From contig CAJFCJ010000005.1 in assembly GCA_904063045.1 (NCBI GenBank), forward strand, positions 4,059,689 to 4,123,688: a stretch of DNA of 64,000 nt. The letters run 5' to 3'. Positions 47,374 to 61,163 of this stretch are shown here, in pieces. The notes beneath the pieces are model-generated. The model searched no databases and was not told the DNA's origin. It was given only the letters and a program-made list of their open reading frames with translations. Positions within the stretch are counted from its first letter, which is position 1. The number at the start of each line of letters is the position of its first letter. The DNA comes from Dimorphilus gyrociliatus (Eukaryota; Animalia; Annelida). A program made the position numbers and the translations under genes.

Positions 47374-50300
47374 ATGCCAGGTCAACGGCAAAAAGTCTTG
47401 AATATACTAGGACATCGGACGAAATTAAACTCTAATCAACTTCTACCGGCAACTCCGGCTTACAAGTCGACAGCACCTTCACCTTGTACACCGAATGAAT
47501 CGGCTGCAAGCATGGATTTTCTAATATCGCCCGTTCCCGCAAACCTTCAAACTCCGATGAACAGTTCGTTTGCTACACCACTTTCGCAGGAACGTTTACA
47601 AGTACGTATACCAAATGTAGATTATTGTATTTATAATATATATATAGTTAATTTATCGATCGGTAAGCCAACTAACCAATCGCCTTTGGTCTGTTCGAAC
47701 GTGTTCGAACTGGTCAAACTAAATGGTAGATTATTGGTGCTCAACGATTAGTCGAGTTCCACATTCTTCACTTACGTGAGGGATATGGGCACGTTCGGTA
47801 AGTATAGACGTAGGACATTGAGTAGTTTTTCATTCTTTTATTAATATTGAGCACTGACCTGAACCTGACCTAGCAGGTGCTTCTTATATAGACACTTCGG
47901 TCTAGTCTTGGTAACATTTTACTAAATATCAAATACATAGAGCTGATTTTTTCGTTATATAATGTTTTATATACAAATGTATTGTACTGAATAAAGACGT
48001 GATTTTTACGATTGTCAGGTAAAGCGAAGGCTCGATCTGGACTTGGACGATGTTACGCCTAAGAAGAAGCGTGCCCGCCCTCTCTCCACCTCCCCTAGAG
48101 GTATGATTGACCCGGATGACAGTAAGCATCAGTGTTGTATCGGCTAATCCTTCAATAGTTGCCTAATAGCTACAAAGCAACCGATTAACCTACTTTCTCT
48201 TTTTTAACCACACTGAAGACGCCGAACCAGCGTCTTAATGCTTTCTCTTTTTTCACAAATACTTTCGCTTTTCATACGCAACTCGAGAGTGTATTCCTCT
48301 CACTTTCGTTCAACGATTAGGGTTTTTTTTTGTATAAGCGTCTCATTTCTCTTACTCTCTCTCTCTCTCTCTCTCTTTTCCTTGCCCTATCTCTTGCTCT
48401 TCAACTATCGACACGCAACTCTCAACAAACTCTTGTTCGTGCTTATACGAGAAAAATGATTTATTTACGTAAACGTATCTGCCAATACTTTACGACAGGA
48501 AGTACGAACGACTTTGAACTGTGTAAAAGTATATTAGTGTTATATTTATAGGCCTAACAAACCGATAGCATTATCTGAGATTAGTACACGTAGTCAGCTG
48601 CTCTCGATAAGCTCTGTCGCATTGCTTAAGACCCTTAAGGGATTCTAAGTGAATATGTTGGCATGCTTTTATAACTTTAGTTTAGTTAAAGCATGGGTTC
48701 AGTGTGAAGAGATTCTTTTTGATCTCTTTTATTAGTTAGCATTGCTTTGAAAAGATTAGCGCTCTGCTGGTACTCCTTTTTTTTTGTTGTCTATTGTATT
48801 AAAAAGCGGAAGGGAAGCTAAAGAGGGCGAGGGCCATTGGGGGAGAGAGAAAAAATATTATTCGGGTACGCAATGCTCTTACACGTTATATATAAATGAT
48901 ATCTGAAGCTATTAGTATAGCAAATATAAATATAAAAATAAGAGTAAAAATGTATATAAACGAGTATGCATTGTTTACTCGAAATCTCCTCACTATCTCC
49001 TTTTTAACAATTATTACTTGATTCTGTTATCTTTTGTTCTAGGATCAAAGTCGCCGTTTGGAACGTCGCGATACGATACATCTTTAGGCCTATTAACCAA
49101 GAAATTCGTTCAACTCTTGCACGAATCGCCTGATGGCGTAAGTATTTTTTATTTTATGTTCAATAGGAATTGAGAGCAATTCCTAATAGTATATTCATCC
49201 ATATATATATATATGTACAGTATATATTTATATATTTGACAATTTGACCAACGTCTGACCTCTTTACAATATACGATTTCAATAGCCGGTACGTAATTAA
49301 GTTTTAGGCCGTCGTAGGAATGTCGCCCCTGCCAGATTTTCGTTAATTGTCGGCTGACTCTAGTGGGGCCTTGGGAAATGTAAAAAGACCCCACACATAC
49401 CTATCCTCTTCCTCTCCCGCCCCCTTCATTTTACTCATTTTTATCTTATTAGAATAGAGTTTTCAATGATAATAAATAACTTGCATAACAAAATAAACCA
49501 CCTATTACATCCTCTACAAAGAGCATAGAAGGTTATACTGTTCAAAACAATTTTTTCATTTTCAGTAATAGGTTGAGTAATATACAAAACTAGGATTGTT
49601 CCCATTTTCATCCTATCTTTTTTGAGAAAGCTTAACCGCAACTGATATACGCCTTTCAATCTGATAAGAGGAAAAACTCTTAGGTAGAGTTGTCGGCCTC
49701 GAAAGGAGACCTAAGGCTTTTTATGGACATAGTCAACACGACATTTTCAACCTAAGCAATTGTTTGATTAGGCATATTTTTATTATACCTAGGAATTAGG
49801 AATTTTTGTGGTCTCTCTTTTGCTAGAGTCTATTTCAGGGAAAATAACAGGAAGGGAAGGAGTGTTTTAGAAGTGAATTGATTGAGAAAAGAGGAGAAAA
49901 TTGAATACTAGTTTGATAGTACTAGCATAGTTAAAGGGTGAAAAAGATTAATGTAGCATGCGAGAAAATACGCGCCCCATAGATGCTATATTAATCGACC
50001 ATGTACGGGCTGACAAGGCTGATTTAAAGGGTGAGGTAGGGGGGAGGATCGTGGGAAAGCTAAGCAACCGATATTGTTAACCTAAGTCATCTGTACCCAA
50101 TACACCCAACACCGTACATCATTCGACCTTCTAACCTTTTATATGTTACCGTTAAAAAGAAAGAAAGAAAATAAAAGTAAAATGTAAATATTAACAATTC
50201 TAACAGATTCTCGACTTAAATGAAGCGTCCAGTATGCTCGACGTCAAGAAACGTAGGATATACGATATTACCAATGTTTTGGAAGGGGTTAATCTGGTCG

Positions 50301-51573
50301 TCAAGAAATCTAAGAATAATATTCAGTGGATGTAAGTTTGTTATTTTGAGGCTTTTTTTTTATTATTATTATTTTTTTTATTATTTTATTTATTTGTTTC
50401 TTTTTTTTTTGCATGATTTTTATTTTTAGTTAAATTTTTTTTTTAAAAAAAAAATTGAAAGAAAGAACAAAAAAATAGAATAACATTGTTGTTGTACATA
50501 TATATATATATATATATATATAAATATATATATAAAAGAGAATAGGGATTGATTTGTCTTTTTTTTTTCTCTCCTTCCCCCACTCTCTTCACTTGTTGTT
50601 GTTTGCCAATTGGGAACAAAAAAAAAAAAACACTTTAGTGGTGGATTGAACAGTTTGATGTTTTTCGAAAATCAGCATAATGGCGGCTCGAATGCCGATC
50701 ATAACTTTCACTCTTCCGACGTTTTTCGGCTACGTAATGAGCTGACAAGTTTACGGCAGCAGGAAGCACTTCTAGATGAACTTCTTAACGAGTGTAAACT
50801 GAATTTGGATAGGAGTACGGAAGATCCCAATCAAAGCCAATATAGTTATATAACGTATCCGGATATAAGAGGATGCGAATGCTTTGACGACGAGACTGTA
50901 TTTGCCGTTAGAGCCCCACCAAATACTAAATTGGAAGTTCCCGATCCAACAACGGTATGTATTGAAATAAATTCCTACTAAGCCATATTATTGACATTTT
51001 ATTGAAGATTTTAAATAAAAGGCTATTTTTTACCCTTAGGACGGTTTTTCAATGTTTCTGAAGAGTTCGAAAGGGCAAATTCAAGTATTCCTCTGTCCCG
51101 AGGGTAATTCTAAAGCTATTAGAGCGCAAGCCGATGAATGTAGAGAACCATCACCCATGCCCGATTTGGGTAGTTGTCTTCAAGATACAAATACGGTTAT
51201 TCCTATTCATATAAAACCGGAACCTGACGAAGATGGTTCCACGGCCTATGCCTGCCCAGGTAATGTCAAGCGAAAGTCTCTGCCTAACTTAGTAGGAGTC
51301 TGTAATGGCGATGAACAGGATGGTGAAACGTTCAATTTGGGTATGACGATCGACGCAGATCCAGCCTTGAGGAATGCTCTACTATCAGCCCAAGATATCT
51401 CTCCCGAATCAACCAACAACCTCTTCTTCCAAACGGACGATCAAAACATGCAGAACCTCGATGCTCATTTTGAACAACTCGAACCGTCATTAACAGACGA
51501 TGACTACATTTTCTCGCTCGAACCGGAGGAAGGTTTGAACGAATTATTCGACTTTGATATACCAAGGTGTTAG
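47374..51573 (+). CDS. E2F: Transcription factor E2F, activator class (E2F1/2/3-like)
   Basis: Exons 47374-47601, 48019-48100 (VKRRLDL cyclin A/NLS motif), 49043-49137 ([13 protein letters not shown]), 50207-50331 ([13 protein letters not shown]), 50639-50954 (marked box [15 protein letters not shown]) and 51040-51573 (Rb-binding [18 protein letters not shown]). All phases match. Confidence 0.95.
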
Positions 51574-53350
51574 CCATATGAAAATTTTTTTGAAAAAAAA
51601 GAAAAGACATTATTACTACTACTGCCCTTCTAAAATCTGTCGAATAGTGTTCGTCTCTTTCTTTCTCTTTTGTTCTTACTCTATCTCTCTACTTTCTTCC
51701 TCTTTTTTTTCTTTATTCTTTCTATCTGTCTCTTTCACTTTCTTTTTTTCTTTATTCTTTCTCTCTCTTTATCTATCTATCTATCTATCTTTTTTATTTT
51801 TTTTTCTAACTAAATAATTGTTATTTATCTTTTTTTTGTTTAAAGAAGAAACAAAAGCAAACAAACAAACCGATGTTTTATGTGGAAAAATGTTTCATAA
51901 GTTATTATTTTTACTTTTGTTTTATCGAATCTGCGAATTAAGCCTTGTAGAATGTATTTCAGTAGATAAATGAGTGTAATTGTAATAATGAATGAGATAT
52001 TTATTAGATAAAAAAAAAACAAGAAAAAAAAAAGACACGCCAGTTTTAACAAGCGTATTATAAAAAAAAAAGCTTCTACGATAATATATGAATGGAATGA
52101 TTTTGTGTATATAGTTGAAGAAAATCCCGTAAAAATAGTGGTATTCCGAATGGGATTAGCAATCATTTTATTATTGAATATTTTCGTATTGTATTATTTT
52201 TTTTCAATGTTTAAGGGAAAAAAATAATAGTTCTCTGCTAACCTATGCAAGTTTCAAGTCGAGTGTTTTTTTTATATTTTTGTATATATATATATATATG
52301 TATTTATATATTTATATATATATATATATATATTCAGTGTTCAAAAACGACCTAAGTTGAAAAGGGAGAAAGAAAAAGAGAAATGTTTTCAATGTAAATA
52401 CAAGCCTGTTTTAAAATGTGTCTCGCGTCTCTCCTTGCTGCTGCTTATTCTACTTTTAGTATAAAAATAATGGACGAAAGAAGAAGAAGGGATGAAGAGA
52501 AGGGAGGAGGAGTACAATACGCTTATATTTTCTATTTTTTTTTCTTTAGAGGATGAAATTTGTTTTCATTTTAAAACAAAAAAGAAAAAAAAGTTTATCT
52601 TAAAATTCGGCTTTTATCATCTGATTTTTTTGAAGCTTTTTATTTACTTATTTATTTCAAAACTAATTTTAGCCATTTTTATCGGTTAACGCAAACAAAT
52701 GCCGTCATCTGTCTGCTTGTAATTTTCAAGTGTTAGGCCTACAACACCTCCTTTCAACCTCAATCTGGCGTATTTCCCCTTGATCGACCAGACGATTTCT
52801 GTCATTACGCATAGTTAAGGCCGTGCCAATTCAGAGGGTTATTTTTTCTCTACTTGTATAGCGACACGCGCCCAATTGAAATAATTCAACTTTTCACCGT
52901 ACTTCCTCCTATTCTTTTCAATGTTGTTCAGACTTTTCAATCAGCCTATTCAGCCTTTCCGGTAGCCCCAAGGAACGATCAAATGAAAGGGGTTTGACCG
53001 TAACGTGACCGACCTAGTCGTATATATATTTTCTTACTTGTCAGTCGTCAAACTGACCGAGCTAGACATCTGGTAAGGGGGCAGGGTTGTGTGAGGGGTG
53101 AAAAAATAAGCAGGGGGTTGGGGGTTGGGGGTGACGGAGAGAGTGAGTTAAGAGTGAAGGTGCCCTAATGTCCGTATATGCATGTATATATTAGGTTTAA
53201 TGATTGACGGTGGTCTCTATTTGAATAAATTATGCGTCACAAATATTCGGTTACTTGGATTAAGGTCAAACTACAAACTTGTCTTTACTCAATAAAATAC
53301 ACTATTAACAAAGAGAGGGCAGAAAAATTAAACATTAGAGTTTACGTATT

Positions 53351-56300
53351 TTAAATTTGATCGAAATGATAAACATCCTTCTGCCATGCTTCAACAATGT
53401 CCATCAGTTGACTATCACCAAACTTTCGAGCAAGCCTCTCGAGAATCGTGGCACTGGTTAAAGAGTCTGGAATGCTTTCAAGTGGTTCCTGTTTTGTTTT
53501 GTTGTTATTTTTGTTTTATGAAAAAAAAAGAAAGAAAAATCTGAATAAATAAATAAAAACAAATAAAGTACCAACAACAGCGACGACTAATACTTTATCT
53601 ATTATTTTACGACATTCAATTGCCTCTTTGACTTTTGTGTTGGGCAAATCAAATGACCTTTAATTACTTTATATACGTTTATTGTCTCTCGCCAGTTCAA
53701 TGTGAAGAAATTATAGATATGACAAAAAATTCTATTTATATATATATATATATATAGATATATATATATGTAGAGCGCTTTATTACTAATTTGAATAGAA
53801 TATTCTTAATATTTACCTTTAATAATTCCTCAATTTCTTCTTCGTATTTCTTTTGGTTGTTGCACAAACAGAAATAATTGCAGGATTCGAGGTATTTTTC
53901 GAACGAAATTTTTTCTTTTACGCTTTGATGAGGCTCTTGAAGTCCGCTAAGGTTTCCGTCAAGATTCTCATCAATAGCACCGGACTTCGTTTGCTTAACA
54001 ACTTCGGTAGTCGTTTGATCTTCAATTTCGCTTGTAGTCTTCTCACCCGAGGGTTTCGATTCCCTTTCTTCAATTTTTATTGGACACTTATCCATCTCGC
54101 AGTTTTTCTCGCTTTTAACATCATCTGTTAGTATTTTTTCTTTTGGTACAGTCTTACATTCATTCGCACTCTCATCTTTCATTGCGCTATCTCTTCGTGC
54201 TAAAGAATCTATGCTATCTGTAGTGACAGGTGGTCGACCTCCGTTATTCGAACCCTCTTCGCGATTAGTTTTAGGCAATTGTTCAAATTTTAATTCATCT
54301 TTATCACACTTGTCGATCTTAGAGCACTCTGCTTTGACACTCTCACCATTATTTTTATCTTCAATCGTTCTAACAACTTCCTCAGGTTTTGCGTAATCTG
54401 TATCATTTTTCTTCAAAGCGTCAACACCTGGTTTGTTATCATAGTCCATTCCTTCGCCAATAAACTTCTCTTCAACCGTTACATCCGTCTCGCCTCCCTT
54501 ATCGTTTCCGCTTTCAATTTTTACGGCACCCTCTAGATCATTATCAACTTGACTACGCCCCTTGACAGAATTAACCTCAGTCGAGCTCTTCTCCAGATGC
54601 TCGTATCTAGTATGGTCAATTAGCTTATCGTCAGCATTCTCCTTTTTATCAATTTCAAATTCACTAGCCCCGCTATCCGTTAAACATTCATCTTGATCGT
54701 TCACATTCTGGTTTTGCTGCTTGTGCATATGGACAAGGTTTCTAATAGCTGTCTCAATTTGGGTTAAATACTTCTTAAGGACGGATAGTCTACCATCTCT
54801 CTTATTTAATAAAGCCTTAATAATGCATTGGTTCTGATTATTGCCCTTTAACCAAATCGGTTCGTTTTGGTCACAGTCCTCTTTTTGGTCTTCATCGAGC
54901 AGACTCGTAAAAGCGATAAATGGATATAATTCTTTTTTTAATTGGTTTATTTTGGCGTTTTCGTCCGGATTTAAATAATCTGATTCATTCTCTTTAGTTA
55001 TTGGTTCGTTTATAATCTTCAAGAGCGAATCTTTTATATCAAAAAATAATTCGTAACCTGCATCGAAAAAAAAACAAAATTAATCTTTCACGTCTGATCA
55101 ATATGCAGTCACATACAAATACTGAAATCAAATACAATTCAATAGCCAGAACGCATAAATAATAGACAAAGCTAGGGTGTGATCTTTTGCAAAAACATAC
55201 AATTTACATATATAACTTATCCTTCAAACGTTCATAATATAATAAAAAGAAGGAAAAAAAAGACATTTATATTGCAAATGCTGGCCGTAAAATACTTCAG
55301 AATAGCATGGGGCATAACTCGAATACCGGCATCTTCAACGTTTTTATTACCCCCCTTCTCCGTTATTTAACTTAACGTAAGACACTTTTAACTGTTATTT
55401 ACCTTTGATAAACAACAAACGATTTAAAACGGACAATATTTGCGTGCAGCCGGCTTTATAACAGCAGCGTTCGCTTTCTAAAACCCAATAGAAAGCGGAA
55501 GGCTTATCGTCTCTTAATAGGGCCAATATCGTTAGGGTTGTGTAGAGTCCAATGGCAGCCAGAGTCTGAAGGACACATTAAAGGGATTATTTAGGAAAAA
55601 AGTCTTTTAAGAAAAAAGATATATTATTAAACTGTTCAGAAGAGGATTATTGTGCTCGATTAATTTTTTTCAAAGAGATTTAAGTAGAAAATATCTTATA
55701 TCTGAAATAGACCTGTTTTTCATTTCCGAACGCCTGCTTGCTTTTGGCCAGCTCATTTAAAATTGTATATGCATCGGTAAGCTTGTCGAAACTGATACAT
55801 AAACTCTTCCATATGGCTGTGACGTGAATAATAAATGGTACGTCCTTATCAACCAACAGACGTCTTGCCGGAAGGCACCCTTTGTCTTCTCCATCCGAAC
55901 CACTGCCCTCCTCCAAACCAAATGTTGTCATATCTGCTTATGTATAATATAAAAAGTAATTCAACAAGCTTAAAGGTTATTCAAATTGCCCTACAACTTT
56001 AACCTATTTATTCAATGTTCTTACCTATATTTTCGTCAACTTCAAAAGTAAATGAACAATTTTTCTCATTTAATTTAAAAGCATTTTCCCTATGCATAAC
56101 CTTTAAAATAGTTTCATGGCACGAAACAACCATAATATGCGGCTGGAAACAAAAATAAAATCCGCTTATTTTCTTATGGATTTTCCAGATAAACATTTTT
56201 TGAATACTTACAAAACATTTTTCAGGAAGAACTTGGTAAACTTGAAGCATTTCTTTCCATTTGAATTCCGTCATTACACTTTGTGTTAAGGAATTTATCC

Positions 56301-59300
56301 TTGTTGCATATTGCTTCTCATGGCCGCTCAAACCAAACAGTACAGTTTCAATTCTCAATGAAGTCACTGTTCCTATTTTTGACAGCATACAAGCCGCTTC
56401 TTCTGGTCGTTTCAAGCTTATATAACTAAAAAAGCCGAAATTTTAGACATCATAAATATACATATTCAAATTATAGTTTACCATTTTGCGGACAATTCGT
56501 ATTTTTCTGCTTTCCTTAATTGTTGAGCGTAATTATCTATCAGATTGATAAAATTCGAGTTGTTTTTCGACCATTGAAGTCGTCCCAGGCATATTGCATC
56601 CCTGTCAAATTTAGATATGTAAATAAAAACAGATAAAATAGATAAGTCAATAATTATTTTAAGGTATTTTTTAAGCACTTGAAAAGTCCTCGTTTATATA
56701 AGGTTTTAACAGCTTCTTCCACTAAACCAGCTGTTGTGAGAAATGCAGCTGCTAAATAGTAGGAACCTTGAGTGTTCAGATCTTTGCAATAATCATTAAT
56801 AACTGTTCTAGACCATTTCGAGGAGTCTAATAGATAAAGGGAAACACGGTTAACAATACATTCCGCTTATCAAAATATTTTGCTCTACTAACTGACTAAA
56901 GACAAAAACATTAAAGTTTCCCGTGGAATTTCTTTGGAACGAGCAAAAGCTACAGCTTGGGGCAATGTACCTTTAAAAGCATGAAGTGCCCAAAGATGAT
57001 CCCAGTTCTTTTGACTGATGTGATATTTAACTATTAAACAAAAATTAAAGAGATAGAGAATTATTAAAGATGCGTAGAATTGAGTAGCATTTCGTGTATA
57101 CACAAGTGTATAAACAGTATGCATGTACAAAGTATGCATTGTGTAATAGTGGATTGTAAAGAATTCTTACTCTCTTCTCTTAGAGCTTCTATAACGAATG
57201 GTCTATCTAAATAAAGACCCAGATATTTTAATTGCTTCGGTAAATTTTCACCTGTTGTACATGAATAAGAAAGAAAAAAAAGCCAGATTTTTATCTATTC
57301 CTTTATAATCAAGTATTTATAAACAAACCCAAATAAATGCATCTGGCCAAATAAATGCAGTCTTCTAAATTAGCAACTCTTGATCTATTATTTTCTTTCG
57401 TTCCACTCTCTGGTAATAGAGATTTCAGCCTAAATTTTACTTTTGGCTCTATTTTAAATTCTTTTGTTCCTTTAGCCAACTCTTCTTTGTGTTGTAATTC
57501 TATATAAGAATGTAGGTTAATATTAGGCTGAAGGAAATATTTTTGCGGTCTAATGATTATAAATTACCTCGATACTTCTTTGCGTCAATTATCGCCTGTT
57601 TTCCCACGATATTCTCCAATTCAGAAATGAAGTCTTCGTCGACTTGCGTTTGAGTATTAGCGTCGGGCTTCTCTCCCAAGCCGTCACTAGCCTGAATCTC
57701 AAGTGGATTTTCATCTGAAATAAACCCATATTACATTTCCGTTATATTCAAGTGACTATTTCAAACTAACCTTTTGTGGAGGTTACTGGCTGTGCTCCCG
57801 TTTCGGACTCTTCCTTCGACTCTGGTACTGGCTTTGGAGGTTTAATCTTCAATTTAGACGCTTCTAAGGCTACAGACGCAAAAATTATTTTAATATATAA
57901 GTATGACGTGTAAAATTACAAACTAACTGTTGGGCGGATTCCTATGAGATTGTTGAGATGGTCTCCAAGATCTTAACAAGCAGTCAGTAGAACTGGTTAT
58001 TATCATATTTTTACATGTTTGACTGAATACTGAGAAAAGGGCTTGGCCAGGCATAGTACGAAAGTTAGCAGTTGGTTCAAAATTATTTTCTTGAAGTTGC
58101 CACACCTTTGGAGAATAATGAAAATATTGCAATTTGAGAACATAATAGTTAGTTATTTTTATAAACCTGCGCAGATTTATCATCTGAACTACTGACAAAC
58201 ATTGCTTCGTCCCAAATACTCCAAGATAAATGATTTACTCCGGCGTTGTGTAAATCTAATTTATATTTTGCCTCGGTGAATGTTTTGGGATCATTCTCAC
58301 CACCTGAAATTGTCATAAAAAACAAATATTATAAGTTTACTATCCGATAGAGCACATTTTTGGTTTTTATCTAATACTTACATGATTCAAGTATATCTTT
58401 AAGATCGTATATACATATTGTTTTATCTTCGCTGGCCGAACCAAGGAGATATGAGTTCGGTGACTTTACATTAAGACTAGTGGTTGTAGGATGCCACGCA
58501 ATACTGTTTATACATTGCCGATGAGTCTTATACTTTGCTCTAAACTTTAGTTCGGGATAATCGAAAACATAGACACATCTATAAGAAATTTAGTGGAGAA
58601 AATAACAATTGAGTAACTAGTTTACAAGATGGAATCATTGATTTAAAATACCCAGTAGTACTACCGATGGCCAAATAATCTCTGTCCTTCCATGCTAAAC
58701 AATTACAGTTGAATTCTGTGTCCTAAATTTAAAAGCAATTAAATTAATTGATGAAACTTTAATGTTTATTTAACTTGAAAGCATACATCATCTAGGCCTG
58801 AAGCTCTAAATTCGGTCATAATATTCTTATATTTTTGCTCTTTGAATGGCACAGAATGTAGTATACCATCGATAGCGAAAAATAGAGGAATCTTCTTAGA
58901 TTTATTCCCTGAAGTAGAAAAATCCTTATTAGACGAAGAGAAATCGATTAATTTTTTTTGTATAACCTTGGGATGGTGCCCATGAAACAATATTACAGAT
59001 AGTTTCTTGTTCCAAGTAAATTATAATAGATTTTTCCGTTTTGAGATTATATTGTACAACTCTGTTGTCGCTAGTACAAAAACTTACAAATTGTTCCTCT
59101 TCAGGATGCCAAGAAATCTAAAATATTTTCATTAGTTTTGATAACTATTATAAATATGTTAAAAATGCATTCTTACCGATATTATTCTATTTTTAATAGG
59201 ACACTTAGACTCTAACTTTTCGTTCCGAGTTTCATTCATTCTAAGAATTCTTATATGACCATCTCCTCCGGCAATTGCCAATTTACCTAGTAAAAAACAA

Positions 59301-61163
59301 AATACTGTACATATGATAAATGAATCGTTAAATTTTTCTAAGATTCCAAAGGGAAAGGTATTCGATAAAAATATTGACTTTGTGAATAGTTTATATAAAT
59401 ATAAAATTTCTCATCTCATTTCTTTTGACAGGCGGTGAATGAGTCAATTTAAAGACCCCTTTAATCTCTTAGTTAAACACTGAGACAGAAAAAAACCGCA
59501 AAAGTAAAGATTATTATTTATAATTAAACAAACTTGGATTCTTAGGGCAATAGCTATAATCATATGGAAATCCAGCGAATGTCATAAGAGAATTAGTTTC
59601 CTTTAAGGCATTTGTATCAAAAAATGATATCTGCAAAATTAGTTGAATAAATAAAACAATATTTATTAATAAAAGTAATTAATAGCAAACTTTATCAAAC
59701 ATCCGATTAACTATTATTCTATTTCCAGCTGAGATAATAAATTTAATTGGATTAGATTGATGTAAGTAACGACCAATATCCTTAATAGGCTTTAAACTCC
59801 CTGACCTATAAGAAAACCCAGACAGAGTTCTGAAAAAAATGAATATGAATGAATATAGAGGGCTATGTTTTTCCGTTTTAAAACAAATATAAGATATATG
59901 TAAAACCTTTTCGCATCTCCAACAAGTATAATAAATCCGTAAGCTTTGTTATGAATAACAAGAGAAGGAAACCAAGGACCTTTTTTGTTACGGAGATTGT
60001 ATTCGCATTCTGGCGAATGATGGAACATTTTCCATACATACAATGTATTATTTTCACAAGTAGTGACCAATTGCGCTACGCTCTCCTCTGTAAATATGGT
60101 AAAAGTTAATATTTGGATTAGGTCTTTTCATAGATAAGTAACATTCTATGACATTACTTGTTGTTAGCTTTGGAATCCAAGACATTGAACAAACTACTGC
60201 AGGAATGTTAAATGAAAAGAAAGTATGAAGATTCGGAAATTTCACTATATGAATGGAATCGCGATTGCATCTGTTTCAAAATAATCCTTTTAAGTATTTA
60301 ACATTATACAATTGTATATAAACTAACAATATAGCTATAAGTTGATTTTTGACGACGTATGGACAATGTTTAATAGCTCTTATCCAACCTTTACCAAAGT
60401 TCTCAAATATGGTTGATGATTGGAATACGTCCAAAAAATGTATTCTACCGCAGTTCGTTCCAAAAGCTATAGCATTCTTTTCATGAATCCAATCCAAGCA
60501 AGTAAGTTCAGAAGACTATTTTGTAAAAAAATTTATTGTGCAATTCAATATTTTTGAGCGATATTATACGCACCGTTGATATTGAGAATGTCTTTGTTAA
60601 AATAACTTGCCAACTATTATCTTCATTTAATTGAATAATGACTATCCCTTTAGCGGCAGCTACACAGATATATACAATATCCCTTTCGGAATGGCAGCTT
60701 AGACCAATCCAAGACCCAAACTCTTTTTGTATAAGGAAAGCATTAAATCTTGTAATGATCTCACCATCCTCTTCTTTTAAGACTAGAACATGCCTATTGG
60801 AGAGGTAGGCAACCTGCAATAAAATATCCTCTTTAAAAAATATAATTAATTAAATTGAAAACATGCCTCTCCATCCCTCCCAGTCCATGTAAAAATATTA
60901 TTGCTTGGGCGATAACGGTCTGAATCCGCAGCTCCTAAAAGAATACTTTTCTCATCACCGTGTTTGAGGATTTCACCTTTTGTTTCGTCCTTAACTTTTC
61001 CTAAAACATCTAGAATAACTCACGACAAATTAAATTGCAAGAGTCAGATTAATTTACCTGCTGAACCATCAGCCGCCAATTCTGGTGCGTTTCGCAATTC
61101 GTTCATTTCTTCTTTAGAACTTGTCTCTTCACTATACTTAGACGAAGCGTTTGCACTTTGCAT
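53351..61163 (-). CDS. GEMIN5: Gem-associated protein 5 (WD40 propellers plus TPR-like dimerisation region)
   Basis: Multi-exon gene with segments LAIAGGDGHIRI, ISWHPEE, YLGLYLDRPFVIE, WALHAFKGTLPQAV, AAAFLTTAGLVEEAVKTL and DAICLGRLQW...YELSAK. The last exon 53488-53351 (IPDSLTSATIL) corresponds to the conserved C-terminal FPD motif. ATG at 61163 follows an in-frame stop. Confidence 0.88.

Noticed and set aside
48662-48697. Hairpin in an E2F intron (Drosophila E2f1 hosts mir-11 and mir-998)
   Set aside because: The stem is about 13 bp with a bulge; the resemblance to miR-71 fails at the seed.
55472-55497. Perfect 9-bp inverted repeat CGCTTTCTA...TAGAAAGCG
   Set aside because: It falls inside a GEMIN5 coding exon (SAFYWVLESER); likely chance.
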